The notes beneath the pieces are model-generated. The model was not told where the DNA came from. It saw nothing but the letters and a program-made list of their open reading frames with translations, and searched no databases. From Cycas panzhihuaensis (Eukaryota > Plantae > Cycadophyta), in NCBI GenBank assembly GCA_023213395.1, contig CM041465.1:178629741-178693740 (forward strand): a stretch of DNA of 64,000 nucleotides, read 5' to 3'. Within the stretch, counting starts at the first letter, position 1; each line of letters opens with the position of its first letter. Position numbers and translations under genes: made by a program. Positions 23,456 through 37,922 of the stretch are shown one piece after another.

Positions 23456-26400
23456 TTACCTCATTAGGTGTTAAGCAATCCCAACACAAAATCCATATTC
23501 AAGTTCGTTTATGAGTCCTTCAAAACTAGTAATGCCATGTATGGTTCAATATTTTGTAGATGCCCTTTAGTTACCTAATAAATCGTACACTTGACCATAT
23601 ATTTGGTAATATCCTATTTTATCTTTGTCAAAAAATATTTTTCCTCTACCATGGCTATGGCTTTGTTTTAGCTAAAGTGCCTTCTAAGTCCTCCACCATG
23701 CATTTCTCTTATGATGTTATTCCTCATGGACCCAACTCGAATACATAGTTGTTTATCTTTAAACAAATACCCATCTTGCATAAAATAACCATCATACTCA
23801 AGTCCACTTCTATTAACTAAAGGGTTCTTGTAGTATTCCACAACTCTGCTAAAATCAAGATTAGTATTATATAAATCTTTTAAAATATTAAACCTAACCA
23901 CTTCACTTACTGCAATGGTTATTAATGCTACTCTTCTATTTAAGGTGTCAATAACCTGATTTTGTTTACTTGATTTATGCTTTAGGATAAAAGTAAATCC
24001 TTGTAAATATAATACCCATTTTATATGCCCTACATTCAAGGTTTTTTGTGTGTTTACATACCTTAATGTCTAATAGTTTATAAATAAAATAAACACTTTA
24101 TGCACAAGATAATGTTATCAATACCTTAGAGCCTACACAACTGCATAGAATTCTATATCATAAGTAGACTATTTCTTTCTCACCTCATTTGATTTTTCAT
24201 CATAAAAGGATATTGGTCTTCCTTTCTGGCTCAACACATCCCCAATGGCTATATGAGAAGTATTACAATTAACCTCAAACACCTTTTTAAAATTTGGTAT
24301 TGCCAACACATGTGCCTCTGTCACTTTTTGCTTCCTTAGCTTGAAGCTTTTCTCTATTGCCTTATTCCAAACAAACTTCTTTCTCTTAGTATAATATATT
24401 AAAGGAGCAATGATACCACTAAAATTTCTAATAAACTTCCCATAAAATATAGCTAGACTATGAAATCTCCTCATATTTATTACATTCATAGGTGTAGGTC
24501 ATTCAACAATGGCTCTAATTTTCTCATCATCTACTTGTAGCCCATCCTAAAATATTACAAATCCTAAAAATACTAGGCTATTCTACATGATATTACATGT
24601 TATCAAGTCCACATATAGTTTCTCTACTCTCAGTATATCTAACACCACCCTAGATGTAATTCGTATTCCTTAGCTCTACTGTATATTAAAATATCATCAA
24701 AATAGACAACCACAAACTTACCAATATATGGTTATAAGATGGTGTTCATTAACTTTATGAATGTAAATTAGGATACTTGATATCCCAATTTGCATGACTA
24801 GCCATTCATATAATTCATCTATTATTTTAAAGATTGTCTTCTACTCAATTCCTTCCTTAATCTAAATCTAATAATAACCACTTCTTAATCCAATTTCGAT
24901 GAAATAGAATGCACCCACCAAAACAACTAACATGTCATCCATTTGAGGGGTTGGGAACCTATACATGATTATGATTTTATTAATTGCCCTATAATCAACA
25001 CACATCCTCTAAGAGTCATCCTTCTTTAGAGTCAAAAGTGAAAGAGTTGCACATGGGCTTATGCTTTCTGTTATCATCCCTTTCTTTATTAATTCACCAA
25101 CTTGTTAATTTAATTTTTTTTTCTCCTTAAGGCTCAATCTATACATAGATTGATTTGGTAGCATAGACCCTAAAATCAAATCAATCTAATGTTGGATGTC
25201 TCTCTTAGGTGGTAAAACCTCTAGTAGCTCATCAGGCATGATGTCACTATATTCTTGTAACAGTTTGTCTACTTCGTGTGGTATCAATTATATTTCTTCA
25301 ATATTTTCAATTTGATTTATTACTGAGGGATAACAAATCCATGTCTCCCTTGCTTCCCTTAGAAATTCCTTAGTAGTTAACATACTCTTTTCCTATTTTC
25401 GTCTTTTATAGATAGTAATATAATTTTCACACCATCTTTTTAAAAGGTGTAAGTATTCTTTTTTCCATTATAATAGACATTCTTATCATACTACCATGGT
25501 CTCTTGAATAATATATTACATGTGTCTATTGGGAGGACTTCATACCACACTTCATCATAATATGTTTGTTCAATAATAAGTTTTACTAAACATCTTCTTT
25601 TAACTATCACCTTACTTCCTTTCTTTATTGAAGAGATTTTATAGGGTGTATGATGCTTTTCATACTATAGTCTTAGTTTTTCTACCATTTTAGTGGACAC
25701 CATATTTTTACAGTTTCCATTATCAATAATAAGCTTACAAATCTTACCTCTTGAAGTGCATCTTGTCTAAAATATATTATTATGTAACTATGATTTATCA
25801 TTGTCATTTGCTTTCCTTTTGTCTTGTGCCTGACTTTATTTTAGAGTAATCAAAGTTCTTCTTATCATCAAATTCTTGCTACTATTTGCTACAACTTCTA
25901 TAGGTTGTTCTTATTCCTCAACTTGATCCAAGTTTACTCTTGGATGTTCCCTTTGGATTTTTGATTGGTTAAAATAGTAAGAACATTCATAGGCCTTATG
26001 CCCTTCTTCATTACATCTATAATAGACAATAGGCCCCTTAGGTATATTACCCACTCTATCAAAGTTTCTTCCCCTTTAGACTCCTTGGAAACCTCAATCT
26101 CTTGGTTAGTTTCAGAAACCTCTTTGATATTATCTTCCTTGAGTCATAATTTGCCTTTCCATCTCATTAGAGGATTTACCACATCAGTAGTTAAAGCCAC
26201 CCTAGTCTCTAAATGGGGTTAATAGTCCATTCTTCACCATAAATAATTTTTTAGCAGGGTTTCTACCATATCTCTCCTTATCTTTGAAAGTAAATTAGTA
26301 AGCATCTTTAACATTATTAATTCTAAGCATGCTAACTTCATGTTTTATAGAAAATTTTAATCCATTATGTTCCTAATAGTTATCTACTTTTTTTATTTCT

Positions 26401-27012
26401 TCATACTCCACCATGATTGATAATTAACAAAATTCAATAGTATAATCTTTGAAACTTATCTCTCTCTCTCAAATTCTAAAAAATTTTAAACAAAGTTTAT
26501 GAGTACATTGAGAGAAATTTCTTTTTGAACTTCTTCACCATCTTACTCCATGTTTAAATTTTATCTTTTTTATTTTTCACTCTCTCTTTCTATAGGTGAT
26601 CCCACCATATCATTGCATAACTTTGTAGTTTGGTGCATGCAAGTTTCATCTTCTTCTCTTCTATCATGCTTTTCTATTCAAAAAAATTCTCTATATTGTT
26701 TAACTAGTCAATCAGGTTTTTAGGCTTCAAACTACCCCCATACTTTGGAATATCAAACTTTATTCTACTATTTTTTTTTTTTAAGTCTTTTAACATCCTC
26801 TCCTCATAAGATGGGAATTCTTGTGGTCTTTCTTCTTCATGCTCCACTCCAATTATTATTTCTATTTCCACATCACTGTCATGCCTCCTTTTATCTTCTC
26901 CATTCCTTATAAGGATCTCTTCCTACCTCAACGCCACCTCTGTAAGCTCTTAAATCCTTATATAAAACTCTTACATGCTTCTATTTAGTTATGCATTCCC
27001 TCTTTTAGCCAT
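23456..27012 (-). pseudogene. gag-PR-RT-RH-INT(N-term) of CRM-like element 2
   Basis: ORFs 24169-24489 (RNase H, VFEVNCNTSH) and 23668-24039; integrase start LNMDFVLGL at ~23470-23500; ATG at 27012. Confidence 0.88.
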
Positions 27013-27156
27013 CTTGCCTCTCAAGTTATTTACTCTTTTCTTGTAAATATTTTCAATATGCTTCTAATAATTCTCAAATATATTTTAAAAGAAATATTAA
27101 ACTTACTAGTAGTTCATTATAAATATGTTTTCCCTCTCCTCTTAGAGATAATCCAT

Positions 27157-27660
27157 GCTCTAATATGAAATTATGAGATGGAAATCTTTTTAATAACATA
27201 AACATTCAAGTAGAATAATATATTTCAAGAAAAATAGATCCAAGCTATCCACAATAACACTCCTTTTATAAATTTCTAATTTTCCATTCTAAAAACTAAA
27301 AATTAAGTGTCTTTATAATGCATAAGTATGCAAATACATGACCTTTGGCTATGCAAAAATTCTAACTACAATCCCCTAAAATTAGGAGACAAACATGAAG
27401 CAAAAAATCCTTAAATTTAATTATTTTTAATATGTTTTTAAAAATGATTCAAATCATATAAAAATTGACCCATGGATAGTTAAACATGTCACAGGCCTAA
27501 CAAAAACTCTAATAAAGTAAAACTATTCTCCTAACTATGGAAAGTGATACCTACAAATTTTTACAAAAAAAAAAAACCTTAAGCTAAAATTTTAAGCAAC
27601 TAGATGGAATAGTTTGGGATATTTTAGGCTTAAAATTAATTCATGATATTTGTAAACAAT
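27157..27660 (-). repeat. Decayed PBS (27157-27168) and truncated 5' LTR (27171-~27660) of CRM-like element 2
   Basis: GCTCTAATATGA on the plus strand, then sequence homologous to 7171-7650. Confidence 0.78.
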
Positions 27661-27664
27661 GGTG

Positions 27665-30600
27665 ACTTGAATTTGCACCACTATTATTGCTTATCAAAGG
27701 TAAAATTTCATAGATAGCCTTCTAAGTATTTGTTTACAATGTTTGTTTATTCATTCATTTGCAGATGATATGCTATGCTCATGGACAACTTTATGCCTAC
27801 CATCTTAAATAAGTCTTACTAGAAATTGCTTGTGAATTTTGGGTCACGATCACTAATTATGACCTTGGAAAATCCATGTAAGTGATGTATTTCCTTCATG
27901 AAGACTTTTGTTACCTAGCTTGCTCTAGTCATTGATTGAATCCCCCTAAAATGAGTATAGTTTGTTAGCCAATTAACAACCACAAAAATGACATCCTTAC
28001 CTTCCAATTTTGGTAGGCTTATGATGAAACACATTGAAATTTCTTCCTATTTTTACTGGGCATCTAGTAGAGGCTAAAGTAAGCCTAGACTTTCTATGCT
28101 TTTACTTTTATTTCTCTGACAAGAATTACATTTTGATATAACTTTAAGGATGCTAGGCTTCATTCCTTTCCAAAAATAAAGCTATGTATTTTTCAATAAG
28201 TCTTATCGATCCTTATGTATCCTGCACTTGGAACATAGTGTGCTTCTTCTAGTGGCATCTCCTTCACTTTTGATGAGGTAAGGATAAATATTTTTCCTTT
28301 CCATAAGATTAGCCCTCCTTATAGATTGTACTTGGTATTTCCTTGGTTCCTAATTTCTTCCAATATCTTCCTTGAGATGGGGTCATTCTAGCAGTCCTAT
28401 ATTAAATAACTTGTCCAATTCAAAGTAGCTACTTATATTGGTTATAATGTAATCTTTCCTTTATTCTCCTCAACGACTCGTGATAAAGCATCTACAATTA
28501 CATTTTTATATGGAGTATTGAAATCAAGAGTCTAAAGCTTAATCATCCACTTTTGTTATTCATTAGAGAGTTTCTTTTGGTTGAGAAAATTCTAGAGGCT
28601 ATCGTGATCCATCTTAACCATGAATCTAGTCCTTAATAGGTATTGGTTCCATTGATGGATAGCCTCTATAATTGTGAGTATTTCTTTATTATAGATGTTC
28701 TTGAGTCACTATCTATAGTTCAACTTCTAACTTTCGTATGCTAGCGTTCACTCATTCTAGAGGAGGATTGCTCTTATCCCAGTACCTAATGCATCATATT
28801 CTAAGGTGAAGGGCTAGGCGAAATTAGGAGTCACAACCATTGGAGTGGTGATCATCACCTTCTTTAGATTCTGGAAAGCATCCTCAGTTAAGGGATTCCA
28901 AGTGAATGCATCCTTCTTTATGAGATTGGTTAGGGGCAATGCAATGTGAGCATATCTGTTAATAAATTTCTTGAGAAATTTAGTTGTACCTAGGAAATCT
29001 CTGACCCCTATCACATTCTTGGGAGTGGGCCAATTAGTGATGGCTTAGGCTTTTCTAGGGTCCATATTAATTCCTTCTTATGAGATAATGTATGCAAGAT
29101 ATTCCAGCTCTATTTTAAAGAAAACTAATAAAAACTTCCTTAAGAAGGGTTTGAGTACTGTATTCATCGTATTTTGGAATGTTGTTGAGGCATTAGTTAA
29201 CACAAATGTCACGAATCTGAATTCAAATAGTCCTTTGTGATCGTGGAAAGTTATCTTATGTACATCCTTTGCTTTGATGTGGATCTAGTAGTACCCTTAT
29301 CGAAGATCAATCTTTAAGAAATATTTTGCTCCATATATCTTATCTAGTAAGTTATCTATCCATGGAATGGGATAGTAATTCTTCATAGTGATCTTGTTTA
29401 GTCCCCTATAGTCAACACATATCTTGTAGGTTCTATCATTTTTCCTCTTTAATATGATGGGGGATATAAACAAGCTTGTGTTGTTCATGATATATCCTTA
29501 GTGTAGGAGTTCTTTGGTTATTTGCTCTATCTCCTTCTTCAACTAGTAGGGGTGGTGGTAGGGATGAATATTGATTGGTGTCACTCATGGTACTAAGTTA
29601 ATGGCATGCTAACATCCACGGTCAAAGGGAAGACCTAGTAGTGGTTCCTCAAATATTGAACTATATTGGTCTATGACTTCGTGTGCTTCCATCAAAATAT
29701 CTTCAATTATGATCTTGTAGCATGTCATTATGTATGCTTTTGGATTCTTCCTTAGTATCTTCACCATGCAGTGGGATGTTATTAGTTGTATCAGGGGTAT
29801 AGGGGGAGCTTGTAAGGTATAGCGACATCCCTTTCGGTGAAAGCTCATTACCTATGTTTTACAATTTATGACTACATTCCCTAATATTTGCAGCCACTAT
29901 ACTCCTAATACTCCATCCACCCCTCCTACTGGCATGGAAAACATATAGGTGTTTGCTGAGTAATCATCAATTTGAAGGCTTACTTTCTAGTAGTATCCTC
30001 CACACATTATTGATTTTTCGTTCGAAATGAAGACCTAGAAGGCATTGAGCATTTTAATAGGAAGACCTAATGTTTTCATTATTAGTTGATTTATGAAGTT
30101 GAGTACTTCCACTATTAATGAGGATGGTGATAGGTGATCCCTAGATCATCCCCTGGAACCATAGGGTTTGGGGTGTGTTATTTTCTCTTGTGATGACCTA
30201 TAATAATATCTGTACATTCTTGGTGTCCAAATCTAAAAGCTCCTTTATTTTGACCCCCTTCTCTTCTTGTAGGATTTCTTCCATTCCTTGATCTTCTTTA
30301 AAGGTGGTCGTCTCATCATTGTGGGTAATAAAGACCTTCTTTGATTGGTATTAATGGTCCTTGTTCTACTTTCCTCCACATCTAAAACATATTCCCTTTT
30401 AAGATGTTCTTCCCTAGACTTTTCATTTGTTTCATTAGTTCCTCCTCTTATGATGGGAGGATCCACTGTTGTCCCTAACTTGGTCTAATTTGATCTTCAG
30501 CTAGGATTCTAATATAATAGTGAATGATTGTAGCTAGGCCTACATTCTCTAAGTTCAGCTTCAATATTTCTAGTGAGCATGCTCATTTCCTTTAGATTTA

Positions 30601-31347
30601 TGGCTCCTATTAGCTTTAAGTAGTACTTGATGGGTCCCTTAAGTCCCCCAGTATATGTTTCAATAATAAGCTCAGTTGGTATTCAATCAATAACCAAGAA
30701 TTAGAGGGCTTAGAAGTGTTTTATGTATGCTTAAACTAATCCCTTCTATTATAATCTGGTGAGCTAAATAAAATAGTTGATATTCCATGAGTCCTCATAT
30801 TGATTTATTAATTCTGCTTTAAGGAGACCCTAAGGGTTAACTACAATGTTCTTCTAAACCTTGCTTCACCAATGGAACCATTGGAGGGCCTTCCCATATA
30901 AATGGAGTAAGGCCACTAAAAATGTGTCCCTATCATCTATGTCATAAATTTAGAAATAGGTCACCATATATAATATCCAACTTCAAATGTCCTTAAATAT
31001 ATCTGAGTCAATTTTTTCTAATATGAACTTTATTCCTTTGAGAACATAGTCTCACTCCTAATTCCTCTGCTTCCTTTATTGGACATTCCTTTGATCTCTC
31101 TATTTGATGAATTGTCTTTGATCTCTAGGTGGTTCTTCTTGTCTTTCCTACTCTTCCTCTTGTTCCTTGGTTTATGCCTCTAATTTTTTGTCCAGACGGC
31201 CCAACATCCCTTGTCCTTACTAAGAATTATTACATGTCCCTTTTAATTTGGTCTAGAGTGCTGTTAATTTAGGCCACTTCGCTATTGAGTGTATCCACAT
31301 GTTTGGATACATCTGCTACCATTTCTAGTGGTTGGTTCACCATTTCA
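27665..31347 (-). pseudogene. gag-pol of Ty3/gypsy element 3 (chromovirus-type), 3' truncated
   Basis: RT ICVDYRGLNKIT..YPIPWIDNLLD (29297-29488) and VRDFLG (28814-29014); integrase WKGMKPSI and VDAQ*K*EEISMCFII; protease GVLGV*WL. Confidence 0.85.
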
Positions 31348-34300
31348 TATTATAAAATGACCAGTGAAATAAAAACAAAATGATTGATTAATTGATTGTT
31401 GAGGAGAAACCTCATGAATGTATATAATTAGGGTTTGTAACTTCTAAGAACTAAATTTTAACCACCACATTGCCTTGTGACACTTATCAGACATATATTT
31501 ATATATTACATTAATGATGGTTCTATTACCTATTTTAATCTTCATATGATAAAACATTATCTTCCAGCACCCTCTCTTAATGTTTTATCCTTTTAATCAT
31601 ATTTTATCCCTAAGGATTTGGAATTTATCTTTTCTAAGTGGTTTTATCAATATATCTGCCACTTGTTCTCCTGTTGGACAGTAGATCAGATCAATCTCCT
31701 TATTTTAAACTTTTTCTCAAATGAAGTGGTGATGAACTTTGATGTGCTTTGTCCAAGCATGAAGAACTAGAATCTGAGTTAACTTAATAGCACTTTGATT
31801 GACATAATTTAGTGTTATTGGTCCTTATTGATGTTGATCCAGATCTTTTAAAAGTTATATAATCCAAATTGCAAGAAAACACTGCACTAATTGCTAATTT
31901 GTTCTTAGCTTCTGTTGATGATAGGGCTACTATTGCCTACTTTTTGCTACTTGAAGAGATTGATACAGAGCCTATGAAGAAGCCATATCTATTTGTAGAC
32001 TTTCATTGCTCTTTATCTCCTACCCAGTCTAAATCATAAAATCCTGTCAGCTGAAGTGATCCTTCTTTTGGATATACCAACTTTAATTCGACTATTCGTT
32101 TTAAGTATCCTAATATTCTTTTTATTGCTCTCCATTGTTTTACCTTGGATTCTTATATGTATCTTGATATTAAACTTACAGAGTATATGATGTCAAGTCT
32201 AGTGGCAGTGAGATAAATTAAACTCCCATCGAGTTGTCTAAAGATGGTGGTATTTGCTTGAGGCTCTTCCTTATTAGGGATTAAGTTGCAATTTACTTCC
32301 ATGGGAGTTATATATGGATTGTAATCTTCCATCTAAAATTTTGTTAGTAAGTCTTTGATGTACTTACTTTAGTATAGAGTGATTGAGTTTTCCTTTTAGT
32401 CAACTTCTATGCCCAGATAATACCTTAAAAGGCTTAGATTAGTCATTTGAAATTAGATTTTAAGTTCATCTTTTATGTTTGAGATTGATTCTTCATCATC
32501 CCCAGTGAGAATTATATCATCTACATATATTACAATTATGGTGATCAACCCATTTCTATTCTTTGTGTATAAGCTTTAGTTTGAGTTACACCTATGGAAC
32601 CCATTTTGACAGAGATAGTTATCCAACTTTGTACACCAAGCACGTGGAGCCTACTTTAGTTCATACAATACATTTTTTAATCTACTGACCAAGTTTTCTT
32701 TCTCTTTTTTAATATAGCCTTCTGGTTTCTTTATGTAGGCTTCTTCCTCTATTTCACCACTTAGAAAGGCACTTTTGACATCAAGTTAGTATATTTTCCC
32801 AATTTTTTATACTGCCAATGTTAACACTACTCTCATTGTGTTTAATTTGGCTACAGGTGAAAATGTTTGTTCATAATCTACCCCATTTGTTTGAGTGTAG
32901 CCTTTTGCAACAAGTCTTGCTTTGTACTTTTTAATATTTCCATTGTCTCCCTCATTTATCTTATAGATCCATTTATAGTTAACTATTAGTTTATTAGGTG
33001 GTAGGTCAACCAATCCCTATGTCTGATTTTTCATGATGGATTCCATTTCTGTATCCATGGTTTCTCTCTATTCGTTTTGCTCCTTTGCTTTTACAAATGA
33101 CTAAGGTTCCACATTATAGAACAATGTTTTATGTTTTTGACTTATTGTCTTATGTGGAAGCACATCTTCTTTTCCTTTCTTGATAGTTTTTATATATTAT
33201 TTCAATAGCTTTTTCTCCTTCTTGGGTCCCTCTTTAGTTCTTAATTCTTCCTTTTCTAATAAGGAGACATCATGTGGGAATTATTCTTCCATTTCTAGAG
33301 AAGTTTGAGGTGTGACTGAACCTTCTGAAATGTCTTCTGATGTTAGACTAGATGCTTCCTCAATAGGAATCTCTTGAGAAATAACTTGAGGTGTATCATC
33401 AATTAACCTGATTTGATAATTTTCTACCTCTTTCTCATTGAATATCACATCTTTGCTTACATAGATCTTGTTGGTTTTTGGATCTATGCATTTGTATGCC
33501 TTTGAATTCTTGATATAACCAATCATAATACACTTAAGGATTTTTGCATCAAGTTTTATTTTTTTCTTGTCTAGGATATGGACAAATGCTTGGTATCCAA
33601 ATACCTTCAGATGACTTACATTTGGTTTTCTCCCTGTCTAGGCTTCTTTTGGGGTAAGATGATTTAGTGTCTTTATTAGACTTTGATTCAATAGATAACA
33701 AGTTGTATTCACTACTTCATCCTAATAAGATTTAAGAACCTTTTTTTCATAATCCATGCATTATGCCATTTCTATAATGTCCCTATTTTTCCTTTCTACA
33801 ACCCCATTAGATTGGGGAGTATATGGGGTTATGAATTATCTAAAAATTCCATTTACTTTGCAATATTTCAAGAATTCCTTTGATATATATTCTCCTCCAC
33901 CATCAGATCTTATGCATTTAATCCTTTCCCAAGATTCTAGTTCTACTTTAGCTTTGAATTCTTTAAAACTGACAATTATCTCTAATTTATTTCGAAGGAA
34001 GTAAACCCATATTCTTCTAGTCAGATCATCAATAAATGTAAGAAAGTATCTACAACCATTAATTGAGTGTGGAGTGAGTGGTCCACATATGTTAGTGTGT
34101 ATTAATTCCAAGTTTCTTTAACCTCACCATTCACTTTCTTTAAATCATAGCCTATGTTGTTTTCTAGATTGACAACTTTTACAAACAAAGTTATTTGACA
34201 TGATAGAAGGAAAACCATCAACTAACCCTTCCTTATTCATTGACTTTTTATTTTTCTATAAGGAGGTGTCCATACTTTAAGTGCCATAGTTTGTCATTCT

Positions 34301-36585
34301 TATTAAGTTTTGTAATTGTATAAGCTTTTACATCAGAGAGTACAAAATGGGAAAACAGCTTATATAGGTCATTACTTTGTACCCCCTTTATGATTACATT
34401 ACCATTATCCTTCATCTCAAGGATGTAATAGAATCCTTTCTCATCTAAAATAGTCCTTAGCTTTTTCTTACTAAGTTGGGAAACAAAAAGAAGATTCATT
34501 TTGGGGTTAGGGACCAAAGGTATATTTCCAATCTTCTTGATATTATTTTCCAATTTGATAGTTATTGTTTCTAATCCCTTTATATTAAGGGAGTATTTAT
34601 GTTCTAGCTCCATCGATCTGTTTGATATGTATGGTCAAAGTGTCTTAAACCAATCTTCTCTGCCAGCCATGTGTCTGGATGCTCCTAAGTCAATATACCA
34701 TATATATTTATCCTGGAGACTTGCAGTGAGGGCAATAATAAAAGTGGTTTCTTCTTCTTTGTCTTCATCTATTTGCTCCTTCCTATAGTTTCTAATTGAT
34801 CATTTCCCTCTCTGAATGTCTACTCTCCTTTGTGAACACTAGTATAGGTAGTGCCCTTACTATCCATAATGATAATACAAATCAAAGGTTTTACATAAAC
34901 TTGCAAAATGGATTGTCTTACCAAAATTATAGCATACTCTTGGTGTAGTAATATGTCCTTGACCTTTATTATCTTACCATCTACCTCATGAAGAAGCCCT
35001 TACTTTCAGAGTTTGTGTTCTTCCTCTACTTTACCCTCTTAGCCCAAGATTTAGCCTAGAAATGAAAGCATCTTCTAATCCTTCAGAGTCTTCATATCTT
35101 TTATTCCTCTATTCCTGTTTAAGTAACAATCCAATTAATGTGTCTAAGGTTATTGTTGCAATCTAGTCATTGTTAGTTATTATATTTATAGTTGCATCAA
35201 AAGATTTAGGTAGCTTGTTGGCTATCATTTCTACTAACTCTAGATCAGTGATGGTTGTAACTATACTTGAAAGATCATTTCTAAAAGAAATAACTTTGTG
35301 AATAAATTCAATCGTTACTTATGTCTCCTTAATATGAAGCTTGAACAATTCTTCCTTTAAAGTAATTATTCTAGCTCTATTCTTTTGCCTATATAAATTC
35401 TCAAAACACTTCCAGACAACTAAAGTGAAATTCAAATTTTGTATATATATAAAGAGAGGATTAGATATTGAGAGTTATAACACTATGACCCCTGACTTGT
35501 TAGGTTTGTTCCAGTTATACCATATTTAGCTTCTTGTCCAGTTATAATCCTCCATGCATTTTTAGCCCTTAATAATGTCTCTACTTAATCTTCTAGACAT
35601 GATAATTATTGTTTATAAGTTTATCTATATCAGAGAGAGTAAGAATGGAAGATGTCATTTTTAATTCAAAAAATTACCTGTATAAACCCTAGGCCATACG
35701 ATTGTATGAAATTTCGTACAGTATTTGAACTATACAGATGAAATTAAAAAGTACCTCAAAAGAAAGGTGTTGAGAAGAAGAACATTGATCTGGAAAAATT
35801 TTTCAAAAACAATCCCAGATTTGGGAGATATTAAGTGCGTAAATGAAAATGGGTAGTTAGGGTTTTTTCACAAATCTACTTTGATCATAGATTTGAGTCA
35901 CTGAAATTCATTAAAACCTATTTTAATCTAGTCATATAGCATGTGCAAAGGTTTTTGAACTGATTTAAAGAGGAAATATTTAAAAATATGTATCTCCTTC
36001 TCCAAACCCATGCACTTGCAAAATTGGGCAAAATAACATGAAGATAGCCTTAGATGAGCTCGATATAGAAGAGTTTATTGACAAGGAAGATGAGATCTAG
36101 ATTCTAGCCAACTTTTATTTCAATATGAGAACTTGAAATTTTTTATCTATATAATCATATGGGTCTATACACTAACTATATATAGCTTCTGTAGAAGCTT
36201 CCCTCTGATCTCTTTTACTTGATTCTTCTTTCTTCAACTCCCTTTACTTAATTTAGCTTCTTTTTTCTTAAATAACCTCGTTATCTTGTCCTTGACTAGA
36301 TGCTTCCTCTTATAAGCTTAAAAAATGACCCTTTCTCAAGCAAACAAGCCAACTTACTTTGATACCATGTTATAAAATAACCAGTGAAATGAAACCAAAA
36401 TGATTGATTGGTTATTGAGGAGAAACCTCATGAATATATACAATTAGGGTTTGTAAACCCCAGGAACCAAACTATAACCACCACATTACCTTGTGATACT
36501 TGTTAGACATACATTTATATGTTATATTAATGAAGGGTTTATTACCCCTTTTAATCTCCCTAGGATAAAACATTACCTTCTAATA
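31348..36585 (-). mobile_element. Full-length Ty1/copia element C with both LTRs and 5-bp TSD, inserted in the leader of gypsy 3
   Basis: LTRs 31348-31569 and 36368-36585 (about 35 mismatches in ~218 nt by hand); PPT 31570-31580; PBS 36356-36367; TSD TTTCA/TTTCG; ORF fragments 32807-34613 ([22 protein letters not shown]). Confidence 0.95.
31590..35658 (-). pseudogene. copia gag-pol pseudogene (element C)
   Basis: WYIDLGASRHM, LWHLKYGH, FIDDLTRRIW, VYVDDIILTG, RTKHIKVHHHF. Confidence 0.9.
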
Positions 36586-37160
36586 TTTCGTTAGACGAAA
36601 GTGTTCTTTTTTATCTTATCTCTGTCGTAGGGGTTCCTCTAACTTGATCTTAAAGGAGGATCTAGTACCACATGTAGCAAACCAATCTAAAATTTAAGAG
36701 AAAATAGAGCCAAACATAGAAAAGAATATATGCAAGAGTAGCTTATCCTGATATCTTAGAGTAAATCTAAAAATATATGCAATGATGGACAATATTTAAA
36801 TTTTAAATATAAAGAATAATGAAATACACAACTTACAAATATAGTCAAGTGAAATTCCCTTTTTGAGGCAAGGTTCCCTCCAGAATATTATAGCTCTAAG
36901 GTCAAATTTTAAGCAGTCCCAAATCTACTTCTAATAGCCTAGAATAAGCTCTTTTCATATCCTTAAATAGGTGACTTAAATATCCCAAGAGAACATAGCC
37001 AAAATAAGGATGTAAATAAGCTAGAATAAAGATAATATAGTCAATCAGAATTGGGGCCTTTTATGTTTTATTAAGGTCAACTAGAACCCTTCTATCAAGT
37101 TGGCCAAAACTCCTCCTTGAAGTTAGCCCGTCTAGGGGAAAAAAAAAAAGAGAATACTTC
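36586..37160 (-). mobile_element. Rest of leader, PBS-like site (36659-36670) and 5' LTR (from 36673) of gypsy 3
   Basis: Plus strand GATCTAGTACCA-CA-TGTAGC; contiguous with gypsy 3 once copia C is removed; right boundary uncertain. Confidence 0.6.
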
Positions 37161-37922
37161 ATTGGTGATAGAACAAATGTTATTTACTAGTATATATATG
37201 ATGAAATTATGGTCTCTAAGGAATCTATGAACCTCATGCCTATAACATGATTATTGTTCTATGTTGTCTCTACTTAATTTTTTAAGTTTTTTTCAGTACC
37301 TTATTATGTTGGATAACAAAGTTTGAAGAAGTGAGAGAAATCTTTAAGACAAGATGAAGGCATGAATTTGACTGTAAGTCTCAATGTTCAATAGAGTTAA
37401 ATATCAAATAGTTGTGAAATGGTTTGTAGCATCTTGAAAGAAGAGAGCCTATAAACATGATAAATATTATTTGAGAATACTAAGAGTAATAAACCTCATA
37501 TTTGTAATGCTTACTAGAAGGTAGAAACTGTAGTGATTGGTTACTCATATGTCTTGGTGACAGTTACAAACTATAAGGATATTACCTCCATGATATCATT
37601 GTGCAACTAGAAATTAAGTAAAGTATGTATGTTAATTAATCTTTGGCATACAATATATAAAGGCAGTTAGCTAAAGAAAAGCTATGAATAATTATAGATG
37701 AAGGAGTTTAGGTGTTGTATCTAGCTTTTCCAAAGAATTGAAAGAGCATAATTAAACATTGAACATAAAATAATTTACGATAGTAATATTAATTCTCCTA
37801 AAATGGCTAGTTTTTAATTGATAAGAATGGATAGTTATTCATCTCATATAGTTATTTAAGAGACTATATTATAAGTTTTACTGTAAAGTAGTATAAAAAT
37901 TCTTGCACAAACTCTAATACCA

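Noticed and set aside
37160-37900. Possible hAT transposase or host exon after TTTTTCAG
   Set aside because: Stops in all frames; only a vague MLD.KF similarity.
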